Of a stretch of 64,000 bases of DNA, positions 13,022-35,170 are shown piece by piece (positions within the stretch are counted from its first letter, which is position 1; every line of letters starts with the position of its first letter). Origin of the DNA: the human T2T-CHM13v2.0 reference genome, Homo sapiens. The DNA is taken from assembly GCF_009914755.1 (NCBI RefSeq), contig NC_060931.1; one strand, written 5' to 3'. The position numbers and the translations under genes are program-made. The notes below the pieces were generated by a model. It made no database searches and was not told the DNA's origin. It saw nothing but the letters and a program-made list of their open reading frames with translations.

Positions 13022-15142
13022 TTAGCTGGAGAGGCTCCATGGTGTTGGGCACAGTCTATTATACATTGTTCATGGGAGCCTGGCATTTCCAGTTCACACA
13101 AGCACTTTCCACCCTAATCAGTTTGGATATATAAGGTTGTAGCTTATGACGTAAACTATGAAAACTACTTTGGTTTCTAAAAACAGGAAATTTTAGTCCC
13201 ACAAATATCCATAAATCAAGTCCCATGCCGGAATCTTAGCAATTACATTAATTGAATATTGACCTTTAAAGCAAATCCTTTTAGTGATTCTACCCTTCTC
13301 ATTTATAAGAGTTCTTCCTGATTTAGTTTTATCTTTACTTGAGAGAAATGTTACCTTAACAAATTATTATTTTTACTAGTATTGCTTTCTACATTTACAA
13401 AGATAATTTCCTTCTTTAAGCTAATTTTATTTTAAAAATAATGGATTTTTTTCTTCCATTAGATCTTTCCTTAAGTTTATTTACTTCTGGTGTGCTGTCT
13501 TTGGAGAGTTTTGTTCCAAATTAACACTGGGAGGGCAGTGCTTTGCTTGCAATATAGGTCATCTATTTTCTTATTTAACTACTCTCTTCTTCAGGGCAGG
13601 ATTATATTTAAACAATGACGGGCAAGTAGCATCATAAAGAATGGTCCTTTTGAGGTATAAGGACTGCTAATTAATGGTTCTTCTGTATAAAATGAGTAAA
13701 GGAACTAGCTAACCTATCTTTTGAGAATAAATAAAATATAAAAAATTTAAGACTGGGAACCAGCCCTGTAGATATTATTCTTGTCTGAAATGTTGTAACC
13801 TTGAATATTTCTGCCATTCAACAAAATGTGTGCTATTACATGATATGTCTAAAGACATCGACTATTACCAAGCTTGCCATTTAAACCCAAATATGCTTGA
13901 ATAATGCTGCAAAAGCTATTACAAGGGCTGCTCTATGGGTATAATTCTTCCACTAATAAGCTTCACCTTGTTAAAGCAAAGGTCACCTCTCTGTGTTTCA
14001 CTATTTTGTATACGATTTCTGCTGATGGCTAGACATAATCTTCAATTTCCATTTCTAGTTTAGAAATATCTGATGTTGGCTAACATACATCCACACATTT
14101 TAGAAAAATATTTCCATTTTTTAATACTTCCTTGAATAAATCTCTTTCCTTAGCTGTTTCATTTCAGATCTCTCTAATCTCATTGCCTCTGTCTTATCCC
14201 GAAGGACACGCTGTCATCACCTGTCATGTTAACTTTCTCTGTAGGCCCTTGCAATTATCACCTTATGATTTCCCTTTTGTCCTAACATTTATCTATTTTT
14301 GAGTCAACTTATTTCCTACTCCTGTTCCAAATTCAGTTTTTGTTTTCATTTTTGTTTTGTTTTGTTTTTCCTTATACAAGTCAACTCCAGTGATTTTGGT
14401 TCCAGTAAAAATTATTTCTGTGAGATACTTGGCACATTTTTTTTCCTTTTGCAGTCTAAAAACTAATAGCAACAGGAGGAAGAAAGTCCATTTCAGAAAG
14501 TATGAGGGATTGTAAAGCAAAGATTAAGACTAAGACTCTCAAGACCTTTAAGCCTGGCTTTGCCATAGCATTGGGTATGAGCTGAGGGTCGTCTGTGAAC
14601 TTTGACTTCCAATATTAACCCAGCAGTTTCTGTATAATTTTTAAAGTTTATTTCTGATGAGAAATAAATAACTTTAATTATTTGAAATAAAAATACTCTT
14701 AAATCATCATCAAGAAATTGACACTAAGTGATGCAAGAGACAGCAGTGATGAGAATGAGAATCCAACAGCCCTTCTACTCTGAGCCTGCCAATCATTAAG
14801 GTAGATAGTGACATTTATTAACCTTAGTTTTAGCAAGCTGCTCCCTGAATGTAGGTTTGGGGATTAGGTAAGAGAGAAATGATGAAAGAGATTTTTTTGT
14901 TTTTTATCCTCTGAGCTCACCTGGCTCAGAGGTGATAAATTGTTATTATAGAAGGTTGTATTAATTCACTGGGTTTGTCACATATTTCTGGAGGTGATTT
15001 CTCATAAGTTTGCCACGATAAGGCAAAATGCAAGCATTAAAATCAAGTCCTTTAGGAAAATTTGTAGCTTTAAAGAGAGCTACTAATCTCAAGGAACTTT
15101 CCTATAAAAGCACAAAATATTATATCAAGAGTAACCAAGAAG

Positions 15143-16150
15143 CGACATCAGCAAAATGGGAGAATAAGTAGCTCCAATCTCCCATCTCCCAGCAGAAACA
15201 TTAAAAAGCAAGCCGAAATGATCATAACCCACCCTTTTAGAGCTCTGAAAAATCGCGAAAGGTTTACACCAACCAAATGAATGGTGAATCTAGAAAAAAG
15301 AAACTTTAAAATAGAAGATCTTTGTGGTATTTTTACTTGAATGTGCATCTATTTTAGTGAACATCAGTTATTTGTAAACTGGAGAAGAAAACTCAAGATT
15401 CTCTTCAGCAATCAGCATTTTTACTTGCCCCAGCTTCTTCCCTGTTTTGGTAGCAGTCAGGATGCTGTTTTGAAAACTGCTCCCAGTGGGAGACTGTGAA
15501 ATGTTGGTCCCTGGCATCCGAGGAAAGTGAGAAAACATTACTTGCAAGATACTGTGTACTGTTCTAATCTAGCTGGCGAATGTCTGACACAAAGTGTTCT
15601 GTTTTGCTTAACTCAGAAGTTATGCAAGCAGGAAACACTGTAGCTGTTGTTCTAAAACATTGTAAGGCAGAAAGAAAAGTGACCTGCAAATGCCTGAGGA
15701 AAAGATTGCATTTGAGACATAGACTAGACCAACTACAGTCTGAGAGGAAAAGCCTAGGGGAGACTTCCTTCCAGAAGTTAGGGTAATCCAAGGCACTCAT
15801 ACATAAGCTGAAATGCAGAAAGCCATGGACATACCTAGGAAAATACACTTAGAAAAGATGTGAGATGACCTTATGCCTTCACTTTGGGCTTAACTCTAGA
15901 ATCAGTGCAAATCTAGGTAAGTATTAAAGAAAATATTTAGTACAGAACTAATCTGCAAAGAGTGTGAGAGGTGATTTATTGTTTATGTAGCTTGTGATGT
16001 TTTAGAAAATATCTGCCAAAATACTATCAGAACACAAGGTAATGAACTAAATCTTCAATGACTACACATGACAAGAAATACAGTCTCTGCAAAAATAGTT
16101 GGAGAAAGCTACTAGATAAATGCCCTATCATAGTCGTCAACAATCAAGGA
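15143..16150 (+). mobile_element. Old L1M 5'-region fragment (L1MC/MD-type 5' end)
   Basis: Begins gacatcagcaaaatgggagaataag, resembling old L1M 5' termini; downstream text resembles L1M 5' UTR. Confidence 0.55.
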
Positions 16151-16154
16151 AAGA

Positions 16155-22783
<6,629 letters not shown>

Positions 22784-24957
22784 TCCTACAAGAGTTTAAA
22801 TAAATTATCTAATGTTGCATCTCAAGAAACTAGAAAACCAAGAATAAACCTAACCTAACATTAGTAGAAAGACAGAAATAATAAAGGCCAGAGCAGAAGT
22901 AAACAAAATAGAGACAAAAACAAAATATGAAAAGTTGATTTTTTTAAAAAAAGATAAACACAATAGATAAATGGCTAGCTAGATTAACCAGGGGGAAAAA
23001 AGAGAAGACCCAAACAAGTAAAATAAAAGATGAAGATGAAGACATTCCAACTGATACCATAGAAATACAAAAGGTCATCCAAGACCATAATGAACAAAAT
23101 ACACACTAACACGCTGGAAAACCTAAAGGAAATGTATAAATTCCTGGAACTAAGAAAAGTACCAAGATTAAATCAGGAAGAAATAGAAAACTGAACAGTC
23201 CAATTATGAACAGTGAGATTGAATTAGTAATAAAAAATCTTGCACCAAAATTAAAGCCCAGGACCAGATGGCCTTACAATAAAACTTTACCAAATATGCA
23301 AAGAATAATTAATACAAATTCTCCTCATGCTATTAAAAAAAAAAAAAGTGATGAGGAGGGAATTCTCCCTAACTCATTCTATGATGCCAAAGTTACCCTG
23401 ATACCAATATCAGACGAGGACACAACAAAAAAGAAAACTATAGGGCAATATCCCTGACGAACATAGAGACAGAAATTCTCAACGCAGTACCAGCAAATTG
23501 AATCCAACCACACATCAAAAGCATCAAACAACATAATCAAGTGGGATTTATCCTGGGGATGCAAAAATGGCTCAATATATGCAAATAAATAAACATTATA
23601 TATCACATCAATAAAATTAAGAACATAAACTATATGATCATCTCAATAGACACATAAAGGTTTTGATAAAATTCAACATCCCTTCATTATAAAAACTCCC
23701 AACAAACTATGCATAGAAGAAATGTATATTAACATAATAAAGGCCATTTATGAAAACCCACAGCTAACATTATACTGAATGTGGAAAAGCTGAAAGCCTT
23801 ACCTCTAAGAACTGGTACACGACAATGATGCTGACTTCCACCACTCCGATTCTACATAGATCTACAAGTCCTATCCAGAGCAATCAGGCAAGATTAAAAA
23901 TAAATAAATAAATAAAATGTATCCAAATGTACATAAGGGAATCAATGTGTTTGCTGAAGATGTGGTCAGATAACTAGAAAAACTTACAGATTCCACAGAA
24001 TCCTCTCTGATCTGATAATAAATTTGATAAAGTTGCAGGATACATAATCAACATACAAAAACTAGCAGTGTTTTTATGCCAATAATGACCTAGCAAAGAA
24101 AATATCTAGAAGATAATTTCTCTTGCAATAGCTATAAAATAAATGAAATACTTAGAAATGAATTTAAGGAAGGAAATGAAAATCCTGTACAAAGAAAACT
24201 ATAAAACACTGATGAAAAGTTGAAAGGGATGCAGACAAATGAAAAGATATCCCATGCCCATGATCAAAATAAATATTGTTAAAACAATCACATTCCCCAA
24301 AGCAATCTTCAGCTTCAATGAAATCTCTGTCAAAATATCAATGTCATTTTTTCATATAAATAGAAAACAAACCTAAAATTTTCCTGAAACCAAAAAAGAG
24401 CTCATATCGCCAGAGCAATCCTGAACAAAAAGGAGAAAGATGGATACACCACATTATCTAACTTCAAAATATATCATCAGGATATAGTAACAAAAACTGC
24501 ATGATATTGGTATAAAAACACACAAATAGACCAATGAAACAGAGAAGAAAACTCAGAAATAAATCCATAAAATTTATAGCTAACTGATTTTGACAAATGC
24601 AGCGAGAACTTAAATTAGGGAAAGGACATACTCTTCACTAAATAATATGAGAAAATTGAATATTCATATGTGAAGGAATGAAACTGGACCCCTATTTCTA
24701 ACCATATACAAAAACCAATCCAAGATGGATTAAAGCCTTGTATGTAAAACCTGAAACTATAAAAATACTAGAAGAAAATATAGGAGAAACAAGTCAGGAC
24801 ATTGTTGTAGGCAAAAATTTTTTGGCTAAGATCTCAAAAGCTCAGGCAACAAAAACAAAAATTGATGAATGAGACTATATTAAACACAGCTTCTTCAGAC
24901 CAAAGCAAACAATCAAAGAGTGAAGACACAAACTGTTAAATAGAAGAAAAAAAAATT
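22784..24957 (+). mobile_element. Second, more diverged L1 (L1MA-like) ORF2 fragment
   Basis: ORF 23206-23457 (EEGILPNSFYDAKVTLIP) and continuous degenerate ORF2; no 3' UTR. Confidence 0.88.
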
Positions 24958-26053
24958 GCCAGATAGGTAGCTGCAGACATTGTGTCAAGCAATGTGTTAA
25001 TTTGCTCAAGCTCTAACAGCTCAATATGGAACAGCAGTTGTAATCAGAGCCATCAGTTGGTTATTCTTATGAGAATCCACTGTTATTCAAGATCCATCTG
25101 TTTCCTGCACAGGACAAATAGGTGAATTGAATGGAGGTGTGGTAGGAATCACACCCCTGGCATCTGTCAAGTTCCTAATGGTAACATTGATTTCTGCAAT
25201 TCCTTCAGGAAAGCAGTATTGTGTTTGGCTTACTATTATTCTAGGTAGAGACATTGCTAGTGGCTTCCACTTGGTCTTTTCTATCATAATATCCCTCACT
25301 CCACAAGTCATGGTATAAATGTGTAGATTCTACAACTTGCTGAGTATATCTACTCCAGTTAAGCATTCCAAAAATGATAAATTAACCACAGAATGTGTTT
25401 GGGAAACCATTAGCCCCACTGTGAGATATACCTGATCTAAAACTTTACTGGACATTTCACCTTCATAACACCTTTTTCTGACTGATGGACCTTGGTGATG
25501 TCTTAGGTCTCCTGGAATTAGTGTCAGAAAGAGCCTGTATCTAGTAGTCCCCAGAAAGTCTGATAATTTTCTTTTTTCTAGTGTGTGGTTATCCTGGTAA
25601 CAGGCTACAGGCCCCTTTGGGGAAGAGTGGAAGAAAGACGACTAGTATAAATATGTGGCTGTGTACTAAAGTCTTTCCTCAAGGAGCCTTGGACTCCACT
25701 TCATTCCAGGGTTTCAGAATCTATAAACTGGCTCAAGTCTGGGATTGAGAAGCTGTTATTTTGTTATTTCTGTTATTTTGTTATACTTTTGTTCGTATGA
25801 TCTCAAACTTTTATTCTTATACAGATTGTGTAAGAATTCAGAAGACTTTCTATCTTTCACTTCTCGTAACACCATGACCAACTAGTCAGTGCCATGGGTC
25901 TGCACTAGGCAGACTATCCTGATTGCTGCTTTGCCTCTGCTGTCCAGTGCCACCTTGCCTTTTGCAGTTGAGTGCTGCCACTTGGCCTCTACCACCTCAG
26001 GATCCAATTACTCCCATTGCATTTAGGTTTCCCAATTAAGTGATCACCATTCT

Positions 26054-26766
<713 letters not shown>

Positions 26767-28049
26767 CACAAATTTATTTCTTACATTATGATAACAAGTA
26801 TGTCTTCTGGGCCTTCCCAGTGTGGATAGTCAGAAGTGGTCCTCCCAGAGAGGATGACAAATCCACTCTAACATTCCCAAACCCCTAAACTTTGAATCCC
26901 TTCTTGTACATTAAACCAAGGCATGCCCAGCATTTCTAACTTGCTCACTGTAGGCTACCTTTTTGTTCCATGCCCAATAAACAAACAAACAAATAAACAA
27001 ACAAACTGTTAGAGCCTTTTCTAACTCCCTGAGGTACAATATTACATACAGAATGTACGTTTGGTGAGACCATATCTATCTATTCAGCCTGGCCCAACTT
27101 TATGTTCCTCCCACCATTGTACCAAAACTTTAATATCCATTCCTATATGTGCTCCCTTGATTTCTATCTGCATAGATTAGAAAACTCAAGTAGATCTTTA
27201 GAAGTATAGCAATTCTCTTCATTGAGTTACACTTTAAACCTCACCTTTAGAGGCCTACTGGGACTTGAGTGTAGATATGGGTAGGATGAAAGTGGTGGGT
27301 GTTAGAGGTGTGTTCTGAAGAGAACCAGCATTGTCTTCCATGTCAACTGGCTCAGAGGAGGCTATTACAGGTTTCTCAGGCAATTCAGGGTTAGTCCCCT
27401 CAAATAGGGGGTTAGGGGTGGAAAAATTATTTCAACTGGGAGTGGAGAGGATGTTTCCACTGGTGATGCAGAGGCTGTTCCCACTGGAAGTGGAGAGACT
27501 GTTTCCACTAGCAAAAATGTCTTATCAAAATGTAGGGACTCAGTAGTCCCAGCATAATCAGTCTTTCCAGTCATCCTCATTTCAACTTGCAGGATCCCAC
27601 TCCTTCCTTAAAATGCCTTCACTTCAATGGCAGATCCTTTGTATGGCTGGGAGTTCAAATTTTGTTGTAATTCAGCAAGTTACAGAAAGAGATTCTGTGT
27701 TTGATTTTTCAGCAATCTTTGCCCTGTGCCTACAGGTAATAAGAGTATCCTTCAGGGCCATATAGAAGCTTTCAGGTCATTTATGCAATGCTTAAGCTGG
27801 GAATTGGAATCTCCAAGCTCATCCTTTCCTTCCCCACCTTGTCTGGAGTGAACAGGCTGGTGGTTAGCAGTTTTGTATTTTATGATCCTTTTATAATTTG
27901 TTGCTGTAAGTTGCTAGCAATATAAACTTATTCTAGATATTTTAGTGCAATATAAATTTATTAAGAGGCTACTGAATAACCAATATTTAAAGAGGAAATG
28001 TATGTCACTTTGGAGATATACATACACTTAATTATAAATGCATTTCTAA

Positions 28050-28200
28050 AACATAGGAATTACTATCTCTGCCTTACCAATTAGAAACTGAGAAATGCAG
28101 AGATAAAGTAACGTACAAATGATGGCACATGCATACACAAACAATAGGTGGTAAAGGTGAGATTTGAATCCAGATGATTTTGTACTACATACTTGCCCCA
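28050..28200 (-). mobile_element. MIR fragment
   Basis: agaaactgagaaatgcagagataaagtaac...ggtggtaaaggtgagatttgaatccag. Confidence 0.65.
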
Positions 28201-28203
28201 GAA

Positions 28204-28386
28204 CAGTGATTTTCAAACTTGAAGCTGCATCAGAATTCCCTGGAGGACAGGTTATGTTACACTGGTCTGGGCTCTTCTCCAAAGCTGCTGATTCAGTAAG
28301 TAGGAAGTGAGACCTGAGAGTTTTTACGAAGTTCCCAAGTGATGCTAATGCTAGTAGTTCTCAAGTCCAAAACTTAAGAACCTCCA
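28204..28386. mobile_element. MER5A-like hAT-Charlie non-autonomous DNA transposon
   Basis: cagtgattttcaaactt...gcatcagaattccctggagg...ctgattcagta...aagttcccaagtgatgctaatgct...cttaagaacc; ~185 bp. Confidence 0.85.
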
Positions 28387-29148
28387 TTCTTGATAACTAT
28401 TTTTCGAGGGCCAGAGAGCCAGACTCAGAGGCTATGAAGCTACTTCAGTGGCTCAAATCAGAGGTGGAATCCATCAGTGAACTTCAGCCATGACCACTAC
28501 TTCTCCTACCACATCAAACACTGGAATAAGTATATGCTGCAGATCAACCTCCTGCCCATCCTTATAGCAGAACATTGATACCATTTCTAGCATTGCTCCC
28601 AATGTTCTCCTGCAATTTCAATTTTCCTAAAATTACTTTGCCTCCAGAGATTATGTTTGTGACCCCTTGCCTCTTTGCATCTCATATTGCTGATTCAGAA
28701 TCCAAGATAGATACATATGATTAGGTGGAGCTTAAATCAGACACCCTTGTCTTTGCCCATAAGGAGGAGTTCAAAGCAACTTCTGATTCCATAGTTGTTT
28801 GTAGACTGATGGGTTGTTTTTACGAATGAACTTTGTTACATAGGGGGTTCAGACACTAAAGGATAATGGATGTCTACTACAATTGCCTTACCAAATAAGG
28901 GGCAAATAGAATACATTTTTAATCGTTTTGCAAATTTTTATTGAACAACAATTTTATGGCAGAATCATAAGGCACTGAGAATACAGTTTAATAGTATCTG
29001 ACCTTGCTTTTTAAATTCTCTCTAAATGAAAAAAAAAGAAATGTGATTATTTTGCTTAAGGTTGCACAATGTCACAAGAATCTTAGTGGAGGCCAGAACT
29101 CTGGTTCTAATCCTCCATGAATTCCAATCCTTGGAACAACATTTGTTA

Positions 29149-29502
29149 TTATCTTAGTCTGTTCTGGCTGCTATTACAAAATACCATCAACTGGGTGGCT
29201 TAAACATCAGAAATTTGTTGCTCCCGGTTTTGGAGGCTAGAAATTTCAAGATCAAGGTGCCTGCAGATGTTGCATCCAGTGAGAGCCCAGTTCTTCATCG
29301 ATGGGACCTGCTGACTCTGTCTTCACATGGTAGAAGGGATGAGAGGTTTCTCTGGGGCCTTTTTCATAGGGCACGGATCCCATTCATGATGGCTCTACCT
29401 TCATGACTGTATCACCTCCCAAAGGTCCCGTCTTCTAATCACATCATGTTGGGGTTTAGGTTTCAACATGAAATCTGAGGACAAACATTCAGACAGATAG
29501 CA
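29149..29502 (-). mobile_element. MaLR solo LTR (MLT1A/MST-like)
   Basis: tcttagtctgttctggctgctattacaaaatacc...aagatcaaggtgcctgcaga...cacctcccaaagg...acaaacattcagacagatagca. Confidence 0.88.
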
Positions 29503-29629
29503 GTCGCTGTGTATTCACCTGCCTTTTTAAATGAAAGCACTAATTTTTCACTATTTCAGTATTTTCTGAAAAATCTGAATCAAAGCATAAGCATTTCAGA
29601 AGGAATGATTTGCTTTACTCCAGTGTATT

Positions 29630-30035
29630 ATTCTTGATTATTTGATTAAAGACAACTGAATCCAACTCTGGTAAGCTTAAGAGAAAAAAGTCTTGAAAGG
29701 AATTGGGTAGTTGATAAAATGCAACCCAGGCCTACAGGGTAGAGAAATCAGAAGATATCTAAACTACAGTCTTTTAAGGGTTCCATTTTCAGAATGGAAT
29801 TTTCCAACTACTTTTGATGCAACATTTTACTTTGCTCAAGATTTAACTACAAAGGGAAGAGATTCCCATTAGCCTCGCTTGCCCCCAGACAGGAAAGAGC
29901 CAGTGCTTCACTAGTAAGCAACCTCAGACAATACAGAGTGGGGAAGGGATAGTTTCTCAAAGGAAGATCTGGAGGCTGCTACTGGGAGAAGGGGAGGTGG
30001 ATGCTAGGCAGATTAAAAACAATAAATGTGTGTTG
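29630..30035 (-). mobile_element. Ancient ERVL/MaLR LTR (LTR33 or MLT1K-like)
   Basis: caactgaatccaactctggtaagcttaagagaaaaaag...gaaaggaattgggtag; a similar relic lies at ~27900-27985 and 28400-28880. Confidence 0.45.
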
Positions 30036-31064
30036 CTTCCCTAACCTGTGTTCTTAACCAAATGCATGATGACATATGAAACCTAAAAATATTTCCTTGT
30101 AATAGTTATCTGCTCCACTTTTTTTATCTTGTGTTTCTTCTTCTGGAAAGGTCTGTTTAGCCAAGAAATAGGCCTAGTAAGTTTCTTATACAAAAATTAA
30201 AAACAAATATGCCTGTAAGGATATTTGCTACAACCTTAAATACTTCAGAAGAAAAATATTGCATAATATCAAATTTTAATTTGTGTAGTTCACAAAGTAT
30301 TTATCAGTATTTTATGATTAATTTGCCTTCATATTTAACCTTATTTCATTTGCTTTCTTTTCCACTAATAGAGTTGGCATTACTTTGTTTTGAATTAAGA
30401 TTTTATGGCAATAATTAAATACATTCATTCTTATTAGACAATACAATGGTACACATAAAAATTGTTAGACAAATATTTAACCAAATCACAAAAATGTGTA
30501 ATAAAATTATATCCCATTATAACTCCATTCTCGAAACTATATTGAAAGTACTTATCACTGTTAATGCAATTATTATTTTTGGACTCTAAAGAAATTTTTT
30601 TCTAAAGGATAAATCATTATTTATTCATATTATTGTCTTATGTATTCCTAAGTCCAAATGAGCAGAAAAAGTGATTAGAATTTTAATTGCTTCAAAGCAA
30701 TCATTCCAAATGAGATGAGATAATATTACTCCTCACAACACTTTACCTTTCAGTGTTGTCATCAGCTTTGTCAGGGAAAGTGGATGCTCAATGCAAACGC
30801 AAGTGCTATGCTATGTACTCACAGAAGTGGTGTATTTACTAGTATTTATTTTTAATATTTAACTAAATCTATGTATTTCACAGGAGATTTTTAATAGAGC
30901 ATCAATTAGTAGTTGTTTACACAGTGTAATTTAAGCTCAAAGAATAATAAATTAAGAAATATACTTGTGCATGTTGTAAAATAATATGAAAGAAACTAAA
31001 TAACTTGATTATATAATATTTGAAATTATCTTTATGGAGGTTTATTTTTGTATATAGACTATTA

Positions 31065-31483
<419 letters not shown>

Positions 31484-32249
31484 TTAGGTAAATAATTACA
31501 GTAAGATTTGTCAGTATAACCATAGCCTTTCCTAATGCGAACATTGAGAGAAAATTAAAAGACCTTCAACTGTAGGCATCGATTGAACAATAGGAGCTAT
31601 CAGCAGTGCCCCAAAGCAGTTTAAATGATGTGAAATAAGGGAAAGAAAGCCTGTGTTGTTACATGTGTGTGCTCTCAGCCAAGTGTCCTCTGTAAGGGAA
31701 GGATGCCCAGAAGCAGTCTAAGGTGGTGCTTGCTCTGGACAAGAGCATCTTCGTGGAGGAACCTGTGTTGGAGGGGTAGGGGGTGGAGAGAAGGGGTCAT
31801 TGGAGATTGCTGCCTGTAGCCAAAGTAGGAGGACAATTGTAAATTTCTCAGAAGGAAGAGGGAAGGTCATCAGGCTCATTAGTTAAGCAAGGTCTTTTTT
31901 CAGGGGAAGCTGAATTGCAACACCAATCAGAAACCAGAGCTGAAGCCCAGTCTCAACAACATAGAGGCTAGAGCTTAGTTTATGAAGGGAGCTTCAGGAT
32001 CCACCTTGCATATTTCTGGTTTAAGGCAATAGAGTAATTTCAAAATGTCAACTTCTAGACAAGGTCTTATATTAGAGAGCCATTTATTTTCTCAATGACT
32101 CTGACTATAGTTTGTCATGAACCCATCTAAATGAAGGTTCCCACAGTGAGAAAGGCTGGGGTCAAAAAGAACTGATAAAAGGCAGAAAGTAAATCGATGG
32201 ACTCTATTAGCTATATTAGATTTGGAGATTTACAGTAAAAAATGAAGAC

Positions 32250-32470
32250 AACAGTTGTGTGTTCCTTCACACCAACTCCATTATTTTCCCACCATTATTC
32301 TCCTCCCAATGTGTTTGATCAATGGTAACATCATGCACTGTTTCATCTAAGCTAGAGAACTGGGTATCTAGCAAACTGCCGTTACTCCTAATTCTTCAAA
32401 TCCACCTGGCTCCTAAATCTTGTTAATTCTACTTCCTTCAGACTTCAAAAATTGGCATACTTCTTTTTCT
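32250..32470 (+). mobile_element. L2 fragment (probably resumes at ~33090-33440)
   Basis: caatggtaacatcatgcactgtttcatctaagctagagaactgggtatc...aaatcttgttaattctacttcc. Confidence 0.6.
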
Positions 32471-32489
32471 TCATTCAAATTATGAAAAA

Positions 32490-33078
32490 CTCATCCCATG
32501 TGGACAACAGAGGACTTGTACTTTGGAACATGATGTCTCACCTATTTCTGATTTTTTTATGATTTTAGATGAGACTTTAGATTTGAGACTTTAGAATTGA
32601 TGCTGGAATAAGACTTTTGTGGCTGTTAGGTAGGAGGAACGTATTTTGCATCATGTGATAAGGGCATGTATTTTGGGTGGTCAAGGGTGGAATGCAATGG
32701 GCTGACTTGGATCCACCCCCAAAATTCATATGTTAAAGTCCAACATGACTGATTTGGAGACAGGACCTATAGGAAGGTAATTAAGACTAAATGAGCTCAT
32801 CAGGGTGGGGCCCTAATCTGATAGAATCAGTATCGGATGCCAGCGAGCTTTCTCTTTCTCACTGGCTCTGTGCATGCACACAGATGAGTTTATGTGAGCA
32901 TGGCACAAGGTGGTGACCACCTGCAAGCCAGGCAAAGAGGCCCCAAAAGGGGAAATCAAACCCCGCTGAACCACGATCTGGGACTTCTACCATCCAGAAC
33001 TGTGAAAAAATCAGTATCTGTAGTTTAAGCTGCCTAGTCTCTAGTATTTTTCTCATGGCAGCCAGTGCTGATGCACAG
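32490..33078 (+). mobile_element. MLT1 internal 3' end plus 3' LTR (MLT1A/B-like)
   Basis: Internal 3' motif ttagatgagactttagatttgagact...gtattttgca, purine tract, then LTR from ~32693 (cccccaaaattcatatgttaaag ... catccagaactgtgaaaaaat ... atggcagcc). Confidence 0.85.
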
Positions 33079-34399
33079 ATTTAGGAGACATCCATTCCCC
33101 AGGGTCCTGTCCTCACCTACCACGTATCCCTGTGTTAACACTTCTCTGCAGCCACTGTATCTTGCTCACAGATCTTCACATAAGTCTTTGTTTCTCCATA
33201 GCTTTGTATTTATAAACTACTCTCTTTTTTGATTCTGGAATTAGCCTTCCTTCATTTTACCCTCTTAATAAAGAATTGCTAATCTTTTAAGAATAAGTTA
33301 AAGTTCTCTTCAGTCTAAGCTAATTGATCACATTCTTCTTGATTTTTTTTTTTTTTTAGATAAATACATTGAGCATCTAAGGATGAAATTCACTAATTAT
33401 AGGCCTCTTTTCTTTCCATTAAACAGTTAACTTCTTGAAACAGTGTGCTTTGGAATTGAACAGATCTGTGTTCAAATCCTAACTCTGCATAATTGAGTAT
33501 CTAAGTTAAAATATCCAAGTAAATTATCTATAATAACAACTTACTATATTAATATGAAATGTATTCAAAAACCCATATTTCAAGTACATGTCAATATATT
33601 TAGTGATAATGTTATTTTTTCATTTATTAGCAAAATAGAGTTTAGCATATCTTCAGGTGGCAATTTTGTTGTAAAAATTTACAAATGAGCAATCAAATTA
33701 ATGAAGGATTGGAAACAGTGATAAAAGTGACTAAAAAAAAAAAGAAAGCCAATATAAAGAAGAAGCTTGAAGTGGCCATGAAGAGTAACAGGAAGCAGCA
33801 TCTCAGAGGGCTTGATTGTTGGTAGTTGAGTTTTGAAGAAACTTTTCAAGCTTTGAAACATTTGGTCTGTTTTTCCAAAGCCAAACGTGAGTCTTCGTTT
33901 TGCGGTAAATGTTGGTAACGTGTTCTTTATAGCATTGTATGCCCTTCTGTCTCACGTATCACACTTTCTCAAACCTCATTCTCTCTGACTTAAAAGACAG
34001 TCAAGATTTCAGGGTGTTCATGAAACAGATTACATAATTATAAACAGGTTTCATAATTATAAACAGGTAAACAACATTTGAAGAAAATGCCTTGGAGGCA
34101 AATTTTGGCTGATGGCTATATCAGAACTTGGAGTTTTTATGTTTGTTTTTAAAATATGGTAAAAGGTCTTGAACCAGAGAGTGCTCTACTTACCTGACAA
34201 GGTACCCACTTAAACATTCAAGGATAGCAAATCAGTTTAAAATCTGTGCATGACAAAATATTTTAAATCTTTCCTGACTCTCATGCTTTTGTAAAAATAA
34301 TACATTTTCCTTCTTCCTGGAAGAATTTGCTCACATCTAGCTTACTACTTACTTGAAAGAAACCACTTATCATACTTAATTTTAATTGACTATTTTGCA

Positions 34400-35170
34400 T
34401 GTTGGTTTGGGCTAGGCTGCACTACATTGTTTAGTATTTCTTCCCTTGTATGTTACTGGTTAGCATGAGCCACAGAAAAGGTTTTTGAGCCATCTAGGAA
34501 GACTGTAATTGAAGCAGCCTCTGTATTATCATGGAAACATGCTGTCACCTGTCTGCCGGCTCACCTTGTTGACATGAGCCAGCAACCAGGCTTGCAACAG
34601 CTCCTTCCTTCCCTGGCTCCTCTCGTAGCTTCTTCCAACCCTGGGGACAGTTGTGTGTGTAGCCTCAGTTACTGCAGAACACCCATACCACTGAAGTCAC
34701 GGAAACAAGAACATATATAAATTTTATCTCCTTGGGCTCCAGTCCATGCTTGTAAGGCCCAGCTTGTTCTTTTTCTCCTCTCACTCTACATCTTTGTATC
34801 CATCCTCCTCTCCCAGCTGTCTGCCCCGTGGACTTCAAGTTCCATCATCAGACTTGAAAATGGCAGCCTAGAAGATGCTGCTTGATCAGCCCTCACAATC
34901 CAAAAAGGCAAAGTATCTACAACAAATCATTTCATAGATGGACATGGATCTCTCTCTCTATAGCTATATTTACATGCATGCATGTGTGCGTGTGTGTGTG
35001 TACACACAGACAGGCACACACACACACATACATATGTAATGTATATTCATCAGAGACACAGAACAACTACACATATATGTGTATATGCTCATATACATAT
35101 ATATAAAACCATTATAAATATATGCCTATATCCACATCAGTAGGGATTCTACTTCTCTGATAAACCTCAG
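34400..35170 (+). mobile_element. ERVL LTR (LTR41/LTR52-like) with internal (TG/CA/TA) low-complexity tract
   Basis: ctaggctgcactacatt...ttcccttgtatgtt...ggctcaccttgttg...; 3' end gattctacttctctgataaacc. Confidence 0.55.
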
